Source: the human T2T-CHM13v2.0 reference genome, Homo sapiens. Taken from it: a stretch of 64,000 bases of DNA. Made by a program: the position numbers and the translations under genes. The notes under the pieces are model-generated. The model worked only from the letters and a program-made list of their open reading frames with translations, ran no database searches and had not been told where the DNA came from. Positions within the stretch are counted from its first letter, which is position 1; every line of letters starts with the position of its first letter. Location of the stretch: assembly GCF_009914755.1 (NCBI RefSeq), contig NC_060925.1. The stretch is one strand, 5' to 3'. Below are positions 10,966-23,519 of the stretch, in pieces.

Positions 10966-12534
10966 TTTAAATAGAATGGTCTAGGAGGAAGGCTGTGGAC
11001 TATTTGGGGTTAGGGACTAGAGGAAGGCAGTGGTGCGTGAGGTGATGTATTTTTGTGAGGAGGTGGAGTAGGGTAGTCGGTGTACATGAGCAGAGAATCA
11101 TTTTAGAGAGAGTAGATTTGAGTTTCGGGGAGGGTGCTTAGGAAATAGGAATCAAAGATCAGGGTGGAGCAGGGTTAGAGTGGGGAGACTTTTGCCTATT
11201 TTTCCACTTATGCCTCCTTTGTTCAGGGTCCTGGAATTCACACCAACACTCAAGCCTCTCCAACAATATCTGCTCATTGACAGTCAGTGGTTAGTGGTCA
11301 GTGGACCTGGTGAGGGCAATTAGAGAGACTGTGGCTCCTTAGGACAAGGGCTGGGTATTATTCATCTAACCAGCAACTGATACACAACATATTAATAACT
11401 TTTGGTTCTACAAATGAAACTTTGTAGCTTTCTATCTCTTCCTGGCTTTATTCCTCTTCCCTTTTTCTTGGAAGAAGGAGCCAGCCACAGCTGTTGCCTG
11501 ACAAATGACCATCAGTTGTTTAGAGAAATAGCCTGTCTAAGCATCACTGACAGGCACATTCTTACAGGCCTAGCCCTCATCCCCTGCAGCCTAAGCATGG
11601 ACACGCCAGCCCCAGGAAAGCAGGCTCTTGTTTAGACTGGATGGCACCTGCTTGCATTGGAGGGGAGAGTGAGGATGTCTCCCAGCCCTGAGGCCTTTCT
11701 TGGGGTCCATGGGAGGGGCTTCAGACAGCCCTCCCCAGTCCAAGTCAAGCTGTCAGTAGAAGGCAGGGCTGTTTGTCTCTCTCTGCCCTTTTTCTCTGGG
11801 CCCTCAGGGCTAGAACTGCTCAGCACTCAGAGCACTGTGGGCACTTGAAAAAGCTTTCGGGGGAAAATGGCAAAAAAGTGAAAACAAAATTAGAGGGAGA
11901 ATGAGGCTACCAAAAAGAAAGATTTACAACACCACCCACCTTCTGCCTGCGGCCTTCTCCTGCCTTCTGCCCCCCTCCCCCGGCCTCTCCCTTTCTCTTG
12001 CTTTCTCACATACGCTTCAGAAATCAAGGACTGTCATCAAGGCCATTAGCGATGTCTATTCTGGGGATGTACAGTACAAAGCTTAAACCTGGTATTTACT
12101 GATGACTGACAAGTGAAACGTTTTAGCTGTCTGGGTGGGGATGTGACAGAGAGCCAGGAGAAAGTCTGCTCCTGTTCTTCAGTCTGTTAATTCTTTAAAA
12201 AAAAATGTTTTAAGTGAATTTTGTGCTTGGGGAAAGAGGTGTGATTGGCAGCCCCTGGGGGAGGGGGAGCCTTGAAAGAGATGGTGCTGAATGGGGGCTG
12301 TCGCTTAAGAACCACTTATTGTCTGCCAGGTCTTACATTTCTGTGTCACCTGTTCAAGCCCTTGGCAGCCATATAGAATGATAACAATAATGATTGGGAG
12401 GATGATATCACTTGTGTCTGCCTCTGAGGAGGTCAGGCTCCATGGGTTATCTGTCCCTGGGGAAAGAATTTATTTCATGGATTTCCACCTATCTATGAGA
12501 AGAGGGCAAAGTTATTTTCTTCCCCTGGAAGGAA

Positions 12535-12680
12535 ATTCAATTCAGTTCAACAAACATATGTTGACTTATTGAGCACCTACTATACGTGAGAAGCTAGACC
12601 CTGTGCTGTCAATGGAGGGTCTACAGTAAGCTATAAAGATGTGGTGCAAAGCTTAGAAAATAATGCAGGAAGGAAAAAAG
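12535..12680 (-). mobile_element. L2 3' end
   Basis: TTCAACAAACATATG...TTATTGAGCACCTACTAT. Confidence 0.6.
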
Positions 12681-12699
12681 AGGGAGAAATGTGTTGAGT

Positions 12700-12915
12700 A
12701 GCAATGTAGGGTGGTGCTGGACTTTGGAGTCAAGAGAGTCCTGGGTTTGAATCCCGGCTTTGCCACTTACCAGGCATGTGGTATGGGGCACACTGTTATC
12801 TTTAAGCCTCAGTCTCCTCTGTGAGAAGGTGGGCATAGTCTTAGCGACTTGGTAGAGATTATGTATATAAAGCATCTGCCAGAGTCACTGCTCAATAAAT
12901 GTGGTGCTGTTATTG
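12700..12915 (+). mobile_element. MIR SINE
   Basis: GGACTTTGGAGTCAAGAG...CCTGGGTTTGAATCCCGGCTTTGCCACTTAC...GCTCAATAAATG. Confidence 0.8.
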
Positions 12916-14754
12916 TATGTACCATATGCCAACTCACTCCAGAAAGTTTGCTGGAAAATCCAGCCTTCTGCTCAAAAAATGTTTATCTTCTGCAGCTTGT
13001 GAAGGTCTCTAAGTGCTGCCCACTGCACATGTGGGTGACTGACCCCATCTCTGAGGTCCACCCCCACAGCTCCATGAAATATTCAATGTCGATGTTATTT
13101 GTTGACAGTTATTAGCTCTGCCTCATGTTCCTCTTGCCACAGAGAGGAGGTGATTCATTAATATTTATTCATCTTGATTTGCTTTGTTTTTCTTTTTTTT
13201 CAAAAGCCCATTTCAGGATTTATGAACTAATTTTGTAGAATGCATAACTCACGCTCTGTGTGTTTGGGCAGCCTACATTGCCTGGAACGAAATCCTTCCA
13301 GGGGTGTAGAGGGTCAGGGTTATTACAGCTCCAGCTAGACTCTGTTTGATCAAATCCATCTGCAAAGGCATTTAGGAAAGGCTTTGGCCTCTCTGCATTA
13401 AGAGCCTCTGTGTTATCTCACTGTGGGTGCAACAACCAACCTGTCCCTGTTCCCGTATTCTCCCAAAGCTCTTTCCTGGGTGCCAGAGACCCTGGCAAGG
13501 ATTAGCAGCAGGTCCTTAGCTCATCCAAGACATGTGCAGCTTCCTTTGGCCTTGCTTCCTTCCAGGAGCTGAAGACATTTATGCCAGAAATGGTGCAGCT
13601 GGACCTACAGGGACTTGTTACTGTTTCACGTAGCCCTCAGACAGCACTCGTGCAGCCAGATAGGCAAGTACATGAGGAGATTGGCTTCTAGCTTCGATGA
13701 TATAAGCCCTTCCTTTCTCCTTTTGGCTGTGCAGAGCTCCAGGACCTCTGCATCAGACTCGGAACATTCTGTGGGTGCACAGGCATGTTGCACATCCAGA
13801 AGCCTGCCAGCGAGCGCCCCCTCCTTTCCTGGCTGAGCTGCTCTCTTTCCCAAGAACCGCCTCTGTTGTCAACGCTGCCATGCAGGCAGCACCCCGGTGC
13901 CACATCTTAAGTTAGATGAGAAGGAGTCAGATTGGGGAAGGAGAACACATTCAGCATCTAAAGGACAGGTGTTTTTCAACCTACTCTTGCATATCCTTGA
14001 GTGCTGGCGTGTGCTGCAGCCGGCATCCAGCATGAGTGAGGTTCATCTGAGGGTAAGTTAAAGTGGATTCTGTCAGCACACACAAAAGGATGGAAGGGGA
14101 TTTGGTGTTTCTATAGCAATTATGGGGGGAGAATATTGCTGACGAAAATAAAACCTGAAAATGTGCCCTTGACATGTGACTGCTTTATTCTCTGCTCTCA
14201 GATAGGAAAGGAAGACAGTTTGCTCTGTTTTATTCAGATTTTTTTGAAAAAGGAGGCAAACTGACAGACAGGCAGAGACAGACACAATGAGACACAGAAG
14301 GAGAGTTGGAGTTCAGGAAGAGAAAAAGATTACAAATAGGCAACTATCCCAGAGGCTGCAAGCCAATCTCCCCCCTCCCCGTGCCCCCAACCACCTTTTC
14401 TGACTTGTTATAAGGAGTTTGCCATTTAGCATACCTCTGCCTTTCCCCAGCTTGCTGGAGGATGGGGCAGGAAGCATGGCTGGTTGTAGCTGGACCTATA
14501 TCCCCTGACATGGCTTGTCTTATTTTTTATTATTATTATTTTTTAATCCAGTATTCTCTGGAGCTGTGCAAAAGTCTCCTGAAGGCTGGTATGCATGGGG
14601 GGCAGTGCTCCAGCATGGGCTCCCCCAGGACCCAAAGCAGCAATGCTGCTCAAGATGGGAACAGAGTGAGGGTGGAAGCAGGATTACTTTTCACCCAGCT
14701 TGTATTGTAGCCAGCTGGCACACAGAAGGGAGACCCCGATTTCTGTTTTCAATA

Positions 14755-15250
14755 TCCATATTCCATCAACAAGTCCTGATTAATTATTTCCTATTCTGTG
14801 TAAGAACCCAGTAGGCAATAGGGAGGTACGAGGTACAATTCTTACCCTAAGGGAATTTTCTGGCTGGTAGAGGATGCAAGGCAACCATCCATGAAACAAT
14901 GAAAGGTAATATCAGTATACCAAGGAGTATCTAAATAAGATTACAAATGTGATAGAAAAATAATGTCAATATACCAAGGAATATCTAAATAAGGTCACAA
15001 ATGTGATAGAACCAGAGAGGAGCAGATGATGAGGAAGGCTGGAATACACAATAAAGTCTTCACAAAGGGGGTGGGGCTTGACTTGGGCCTTACAGGGTAG
15101 ACAGAATTTAGAAAGGCAAGAAAATACCAACACGGAAAGGAACAACATGTGCCAAGGCATTGAGGCATGAATGACAAGAAGAATTCATAATGCAGGAAGG
15201 AGATCAGGAGGTCTGAAGAGGGTGGGGGTGGTCAGGGATTGCATCTCTTA
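14755..15250 (-). mobile_element. L2 fragment
   Basis: GGAAAGGAACAACATGTGCCAAGGCATTGAGGCATGAA and related antisense L2 motifs. Confidence 0.6.
14907..15014. repeat. 54-bp tandem duplication (2 copies)
   Basis: TAATATCAGTATACCAAGGAGTATCTAAATAAGATTACAAATGTGATAGAA recurs at 14961 with a few substitutions. Confidence 0.9.
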
Positions 15251-15287
15251 GGAAAAAAAACTGTTAAGAGATAATAAGGTGTAGAGA

Positions 15288-15750
15288 ATTGTTTCCTAAG
15301 TGCATCCTGAGAACCCCAGTCCGGCAACTTGCATTGTGAAGGGAAAAGGGGGTTCCACATTTAAATAGGCTGGATTTCTCTTTCCAAGATTCACCATTCC
15401 TATCCTATCTGCATTTTTAGGGCTCTGAGAAGTCATATTCTAAGGAAACCCCTTAATTTAATTTAATTTTGAATTTTTTAAACGTCTCTCTCTCTCTCTC
15501 ACTCCTCTCTCTCTCTCTCTCTATATATATGTATATATATACACACATACATGTATATGTGTATATATATTTACATTTGCCAGATGTATATATATTTACC
15601 AGATGTGTGTGTATATATATATATATTTACCAGATGTGTGTGTATATATATATATACACACACACATATATATATATAAAACACCAATATAATATCTATT
15701 ACCAAATCTTGGAACTTAGTGTTCTATGACCCGCACACTGGGAAACATAG
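15288..15750. mobile_element. hAT-Charlie-type non-autonomous DNA transposon split by a microsatellite
   Basis: TGTTTCCTAAGTG start, GGCTCTGAGAAGTC...GGAAACC core, CACACTGGGAAACA end. Confidence 0.5.
15485..15680. repeat. Compound microsatellite (CT)n-(TA/CA/TG)n
   Basis: Directly visible. Includes three CCAGATGT-containing units. Confidence 0.95.
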
Positions 15751-16779
15751 ACACAGGAGCCAAAGTCTCGGGATTTAAGCGCATATCAGCTGTTTCCAAC
15801 TGAGTAACTTATTAGGTGAGGAAAGCAGTCATATCACTTAACATTCTTGTGCCACCCCATTTGATTGTTGTGATGATACAGTATAAAGTGAGCTAAGGTA
15901 TACCAAGTCTTTAGCATAGAGCCTGCCCTAGAGTACGCACTGAATAGGAGGTGGCTGCTTGGGCCAGTGCCAAGTGCTGCAAGCACAGTGGAGTGACTTC
16001 GACTTGAAGCAGGAAGAAATCAAAGGCTACTGAAAAGTCTCAACTAGGGTAGCCCACTGTGAAAGCAGTTGTTGATAAGGTGCATCTGGAAGGAGCGGCA
16101 GGATGGATTGCATGGGGAACGAATCAAGATTTACGAAGGCATAGGTATATGCTACAGGCAGAGGGTCCAGAATCCAGCCAAAGCTGTACACTGATATTTT
16201 CCAAAGTGAAGGAAGGAAGTGGGCAAGGGCCAGGAAAGAATCACCTCCCCACTTGCAGATAGCCAGGCAATTATGCTGCAGCTGCATCTGGCTACGTGGG
16301 GTCTGGAAAGTGTGGCTTCTCTTCCATGACTCTGACATGGTGAGAGCCCCACCTCCCCTGGGGCTGATGCATTAAGATCCAGCACAGATTGTCACCGTCT
16401 CTGCTCTCACAGACATCAGCTCGCCATCAGCTTGGCGAGTGATTGACAGGGACTAAAGGACAGGCATGTCTGCCTGTCTTGTCATGCCCTGCCATGCCAC
16501 CCCGGTGCCCACCCCTTTCTTACTCCTTACACCTCCTTTCATCGGGCTGCAGCCCAGCTCACCCAACCTGCTATCGTTCACCTGGCTCTTGGGCCCCTGA
16601 AGTAGAGGTAAATGCAGATGTGTGTCTTTTCTCTGTGGCTCATGCATTCTCTCTTTCTCTCCCTCTCTTTCTATCTCTCGTCTCTCCCCCTGTGTTTATC
16701 TTATTGACTTTCAAATTCAAAAACAACAAACATTTACTGGGCACTTGCTTTAGGCCAGTCACTCTGCTAGGTGTTTTAT

Positions 16780-17035
16780 TTATTTAGCAAACACTTAGGT
16801 AGCATTTACAATATGCTAGAAATTGCTCTAAGTACATTTCAAACATTAAATCAATTCTCCTGATTTAATCGCTTGAGGTAGTTGCTGCTGCTATTTTCAT
16901 TTTTACAGATAAACTGAGGGGCAGAGAGGTTTAAGAAACTTGCTCAGTGTCACTTAGCAAATAAGTAGTGGAACTGGGATTCCATCCCAGGGACCTGGCT
17001 TCACCTCCTGTGCTCCTAACCACTGTGTCTTACTG
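16780..17035 (-). mobile_element. MIR SINE
   Basis: TTTTACAGATAAACTGAGGGGCAGAGAGGTTTAAGAAACTTGCTC...TGTGCTCCTAACCACTG. Confidence 0.8.
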
Positions 17036-17549
17036 CCGCTGTGCCTGTAGAGCGTTATAACATTCACATCAGAACATGTGAATGTTGGGGTATTTTTGTA
17101 CTTAGGAAAAGAGGGACTCCAAGAAATGATGACTTGTCCAAGGTCACACAGCAGCGAAGAAATGGCAGAATAATAAATCCGAGCCTAGGTCTTTTGTTTC
17201 AAGTTCAGGGCTAATTCCTCTCCACAGGCTGGCTCATGTCTTCTGGCATAGTCCCGTATCTAAGAGGGAAGTTGTGTGGGGAGAAGCAGGTTCTGCTGAA
17301 GTTAAGGTGCAGCCCCAGAGGCTCCACTTCCAGAGTGGAACTGCACTGCTCAAGCTAGTGAGATGAGGGAGAAGGGGTGGTTCAGGCAGGTGGCAGCTGG
17401 GGTGATGCCAGCCCAGGAGCTCTGTGTGCTGAAATTTGCTGGTGGGCACAGAGAACTCCTGTTCAAGCTCTCTCCACCCTGCTGGGAGGGCAGAGGAGAA
17501 GACAGCCTGAAGTCTGAGAAAGGGAATCCATCTGGAAACCCATTTGATG

Positions 17550-17690
17550 TGCAAACTGTAGTATGCATATGAATTTCCTGGCTTTGTTAAAGGCAGATTC
17601 TGATTCAGTGGTCTGGAGAGGGGCCTCAACTTCTGCATATTTAGCAAGTTCTCAGGTGCGGTTGGTGCCACAGGTGGGGATCACATTTAC
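17550..17690. mobile_element. MER5A (hAT-Charlie)
   Basis: CTTTGTTAAAGGCAGATTCTGATTCAGTGGTCTGG...TGCATATTTAGCAAGTTCTCAGGTG. Confidence 0.75.
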
Positions 17691-20506
17691 CAGATCTCCT
17701 GGGTGTATGTTATCTATGGGTTTCTGGCTCTTTTTTGTGGGAGGTCAGAGGTTGTGGTTTGCAGAGGTCTTGGTTGGTGCTATATACCCTACCCTTGCTG
17801 CTAATTCTGGGAGGGTGGAAGGGTAGGGATTAGATATGAAGGAAACAAGGGCCAAGGGCATCCTGCTTTTGCCCTGCCTATTTTCTAGGCTGCCCTGTCC
17901 TTTGGCTCCAGTCAAAGCTTCAATGCCCTGCAAGGTTTCCCTGAGACTCTCTTCCTCCAAGCACTTACTGACCAGGTCAAGCCCCCAAGCATCTCTCTCC
18001 ACAGCAACACTGCATTTGACTGCTCGCCATCTGTCCTTGCTTAAAATGCTCTCAGGTTTGTTCTGTAATTGGCCTCATATGCTTATGCTTCCCCTATCTG
18101 ACTAGATGATATGAGCTCCTTGTTCTTTTATCCTCAGGCCTAAGACATTGCTTGGTATCTAGGATGAGCTAAAATGTGAAACAAATAAAATAATGAATGA
18201 AATAAGACCTCTTTAAAAACTTTCCTTTCTATTGAGAGGTTCTCAGAGGGATGCTGAACAACAGTTTCCAGTTTTAGGTAAACATTTTTAATCCACTTCT
18301 TATTTCAGGGGTCTTTCCCAGTGGCCTAAATTTTGGAGAAAATGGGTGAAATGGGCTGGCTGCAGAAACTCAATGGGGCATACGGAGCAGCTAGGAAGGC
18401 TTGTGAATTCACTCAGTTAGTCAGGACGGTGAAAAGGCTGAAACCTATAGCCAGGAGGGCTCCTCGTCCCAGCCTAGAGCCCAGCAGCTTGCTCTGCCCT
18501 TGGCTTCTCACAGGTCATTTGTTAGCCTCCACAAATTCCATAATCTCCTGCTCACATTCCTGTTTTATTCCAAGCCTGTGATCTTAGTTTCCCAATAGCA
18601 TTGATCAGATCCATGAAATTATCCCCCCACCCCCATCCCCGAGGGGGAGCCTTCACTAGGGGGAAATTGGGGAGCTAATAAGTTTTCTTGCTGGCTAACC
18701 AGTTGCCTGAGGCAAACACCAGCAGCCCTGGGCTCCCAGATCCTGCAGTGATAGATGCTGGCAACCAGGCTGCTCACAGCAGAGTCAGTACTCAGGAGGC
18801 AACAGGCAAATTGCATTCTGTTTGCTTGCTTTCCCTGGGCAGTGTTTCTCCAGGACCCCTGGGGGCTTAGGTAGATCTAGCTCTGAACCCTTGAATGTGA
18901 TCCAGATCTTATTTTGCTTTATTTTATTCTCAAATACTACCCGTTTGGGGGGATAGGTTGTCTCTGATCTTCTCCCTTCCCTGCTGCCCATCTCTGCTTT
19001 CCCTAAGAGCAGAGGTGGGAATATCTGCAGGCATGTTGGACATTCTGCCTGTTTGTCAGGCTTTCAGTTCCAGTTATGGCGAACGAATTTGTATTGCAGC
19101 AGACAGGAAAACCCAGTGTCTGGTTATAGTGATGGGGTTTGGGGAACAGTTGCTTTTTCCTGGGCCAACACTTCATTGCAAGAAATGCTCAAGACCCTCT
19201 TCTAAAGCACAGAGGGTTTTAAGGTGGGGCTGCGGGACGCCCTTCCCATTCCTGACCTTCTCTTTTACCTCCCAGGCTCCTGCCCTGCTTCCCTAAACTC
19301 TGCAGCTGGCCAGCCTGTCCACTGCCAATCCACGGTGGATCCCTTTTTGCAGGTACTTCTGAGCTCACATGCAGCTTTTGTACAGCCCCTTTGCATTCAT
19401 CTCCTTCCAGATTTCCAGCTTGACGAAGGCTCAGATGAAGAGTTCCAGAGAACAGATGGGAGGCTGTCATTACATGTTACTGATACACGGAGCGGCTTCA
19501 GCCTCATGCATGCCAGTGTGCTCAACCACACCCGTAATTCTTCCTCTGTTCCCCAGCCTGAGCCAGGAGCTCAGCCAGTTTTGGCAAGGAGTGAAAGTGT
19601 GAGCTTTCTAGGGGCATTTATATAAAACATGCTAGGATTGACAATGAGTTAGGGAACAAAACCTTTCTTCTTTTATTAGGGGAGAAAATATTGTGTTTCT
19701 CTAATTACCTTGTGAAAACTAAAATCAGAAGTCAAAAATTTGCTAGCCTAACTTGGGTGCCATGGCAGTTGGTTCACACAGGAACCTTCTGAAGATTGTT
19801 TCTTTGTCTAGTCGCAGACCTCCATGACAGCCACAGAACATACTTGGTAATGAATATTCTAGCAGGTTCTACAAGGTCATGGCACTGGAAGAATCAAAGC
19901 GGGTCAAAGGGATCTTATATTTCAGCTTCTCTTATTTGTCAGAGGAGCACAAACATTGGCCAGAGCAGAGAAATAACTCGTCAATGACTTACTAGTAATA
20001 AAACTGGGAATTGAACTTGGGTCTAATTCAATGATTTTTCAAGGAAGTACAGTGACCTCAGATTGTATAGTGAGGGATTTTATTTTCTAGAAGTAAGGAA
20101 TGGAGAGTGGCTTATTTGCAAAATTTTATATGAGAGCCCAGAATTTTCCTTTATGCCTAGGGTGGTTTAAAAATCTCATAGGAAGAAGGACATCAGTTAT
20201 CTTCTGGGCAATCTAATACTTTTAGTTAAAAAAAAGTTCACTTTGGCCCTCTTTGAATGGTCTCAAGAGAGACAAAAACAAGTTTTCCTTGAGCTTCATT
20301 TCTGCATGAAATTTAAACCTTAGGCCTTTGAAACCTGTATAGAAATAGTAAAGCTGAAAACTCTCCCTTGAAAGCTGGCCCAAGATCTGGATTTTTCTTT
20401 ACTTATCCCATGAGAAGTGGAGCTATATGCACACCCTCAATACAGCCTCTTCCTCTGTTCTAGGAAATCCACCACGTGGCTCTGGAAATTTGAAACCCAA
20501 GCACTA

Positions 20507-20977
<471 letters not shown>

Positions 20978-21189
20978 TCATTGCTTGTTCTGCGAATGTC
21001 TGTGTGCTTGTTTGAAGTGATGCTTATAGGAGATGGAGAGCTCAGGCTTGTGAGACAACAGGAAGGAGCTGCAGGCATAATCTTCACCCCATGCCAGAGA
21101 AAGGACCATCAAAAGGAAATGATTAGGAATCATTAGGAACCAGAGCTCAGCCTGGACTGTTCTGTGGTTTGCCCACTGTAGCACGACAG

Positions 21190-21480
21190 GAAATTGAACA
21201 GACTAAACTTTAAGAAATGCGGAGAATGAAGGGTATCATGAAAAGGAGATAAAAGTCTGTTGCAGATTTTCAGGCCTTAGGTGAGGAAGGCCTGGGATGG
21301 GCAGAACTGAATGTGAGAGGCGATTACCGGGGAAGAATAGGTTGGATTTGGTGGCAGACAGCATCTAAGGGATTAAGGAAAGGGAGTAATTGATATTATC
21401 TCAAAGAGTTTGAGCCTGCTTACTGTGGATCTGCAGTGCCATTAACTGCATAAAGAAATTTTGAGAAGGGGAATCATTTG
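21190..21480 (-). mobile_element. L2 fragment
   Basis: Degenerate purine-rich antisense L2 (...GCAGTGCCATTAACTG...). Confidence 0.45.
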
Positions 21481-23234
21481 AGGTCTGCCTCCGCACTCAG
21501 TGGTGGTAGAAATTCTCCTCCCAACAACACAATAGCTACCACCTATAGATTGCCAAGCCCTTCCGCAAATGCATGAAGGGAGGTATTAAGTGACTTGCTC
21601 CCTCAAGGTCTTTATCTACTTTTCTGTGGGTTCACCTTTGGTTCCCAGGGGAATTTTGCATTTTTAGTGAAGTAGCCATGCAGAGACAAGGTCTGTAGAC
21701 TGGTGTGTGGGGACACAAAAGGCAGTGAGCAGATAAGAGCTGACAGTTGCTATGCCAAAAACAGGAGAAAGGGGAGACATATTTCTCTTTATGCAGCGGA
21801 GATCTTCTTTGATCAATTTACATAAATTGATTTTTTTAAAGTTTGAAACCTTTCTCCCCATTATTCTTATTTTCCTCTCAAATCAATGAATGCATCTCAG
21901 TTTGATTTTCTATAATCAGTGGCTTGCTATGAGCATTTCTATCCTACAGTTTAAAGACCTGTAAATAAACACTTTCGTGTACTCAGGGGAACAGATGCTT
22001 AAAGGTGTTCTTTGATAATGTACATGATCAACACTTAATGCGTCTTTTTGTAGCTTCCCATTTTCATGAAAACAAGTTATCCTAAAGAGAATTATTTCTA
22101 AAGTCAAGGACTGGCTCCTTCTGGAAACCCCCATCTAGCCCCCAGCATAGGTTGATGGCTGGGCTGGGCTTTGTCTCTCAGGCTGCTTGGCAACAATGGG
22201 CTCTCTCCTCACTGGGCACTGACCAGCCGCTGGGAACAATGAACTCATGCACCCTCAGCCAGCACCAGGAGTCACTTAGTTCTCCTTTTGACCTTGCCTT
22301 TCAAAAGCTGATCCTTATTAACCATCAGGATGCGGTGGGGAGTTGCTGAGACAATCCTCAGCAGCAGCAGGGTGACCCCCGAGTTGTGTCTGCTCTGAGA
22401 CAATATAACCCCTAAGCTCCAGGGCTCCGAGGGTAGTGATTTAACAAATCGTGTGTTTAAACAACTGATGGCACGACGCTGTTGGAGGGGTCTTTGAAGC
22501 ACATTTCTAAATAATGGGGGAAATAATGAACACCTCTCACAAGGGTATTTAAATGACATACACATTAGGAGGTTGGGGGGAGGCTCTTCTCTTCTTGCAT
22601 AATGGACACTTTTTCCTGTTCTTTCATCCTGTTTTCACTTCATGCTTCAAAAATAGTTGTTGAGTGAGCAGACCTCTGGGCACTTTGTAACCAGAAAGAG
22701 AAAGACCGCCAATGGCCTGTCACCAGCCTTTCTGAGAGGTCCCAGCCTCTCAGATGCCCTGATGCAGGCAGAGGAGTCCAGTGGAAAGCCCAGAGCATTC
22801 CTGCTCCTAAATCCCCTTCCTCACCTGCCATTGGAAACATATTTCCTTATTTAAGACATTGCTGTCAGTAGATGGGAGGTGGCATAGAAAGCTGCTTGTG
22901 GGCAGTGACATTTGGCACATTGCAGTTACCCAGATTATGTTCTAAGGAAAATATTAGCTGGGAGAGAATGGGGCACAGGATTAGCAAACTTTGATTTCGT
23001 GTTGTGGGGTACGTGGGAGTATGGAAGGGAACAGGCTTGTAGGACTAATTCCAGGTTCTTAATATAGCAAATCTCTGCCTACATCTTTACCTAGTTTCTC
23101 ACGACTCCCCATATCCGGCTTGTTCCCTAGCATCATGCTGATATTCTTGACACACGCTTACACTGGTCCCTCGCCTAGACCTCTCCTACTTTGCCTGTGT
23201 ATCTTCTACTCTGCCCTAGTTTCTTCGTGAGGCA

Positions 23235-23493
23235 GGGTCACAGTACCACTTTTGCTGGTCCTAAGCAATTTGGCCTTTGTGGGCTCTTCTTCCAAAAAAA
23301 AAAAAAATGTAAAATTCTATTTGATAACAGCACTGGCATGAAGATGCGTATAATGTAGGCTGAATTCATTGTTACTAGCCGTTATTATTATAATCATCTA
23401 TTCTTGTTTTAAAAGAAATTAAAATTAAAGCATTTTTGTGGGCCACAGGCTCTGTGGCCTGACGGATGTCATGGCTAACGGATGTCAGCTCTG
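23235..23493. mobile_element. Probable hAT-Tip100-type MITE inside L2
   Basis: GCCTTTGTGGGC...AAATTAAAATTAAAGCATTTTTGTGGGCCACAGGCTCTGTGGCC resembles MER91/MER45-like elements. Confidence 0.4.
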
Positions 23494-23519
23494 CACCTGA
23501 GAGCCCTTTCTGCCTTCCC

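Noticed and set aside
13950-13968. RE1/REST-like TTCAGCATC-TAAA-GGACAG
   Set aside because: Left half has a mismatch and the spacer is 4 bp rather than 2. Too weak without ChIP data.
17234-17671. 145-aa minus-strand ORF
   Set aside because: Starts inside MER5A and has no recognisable domain.
19224-19625. 133-aa ORF with an internal acceptor before DFQLDEGSDEEFQ
   Set aside because: Acceptor is plausible but no good downstream donor and no recognisable homology.
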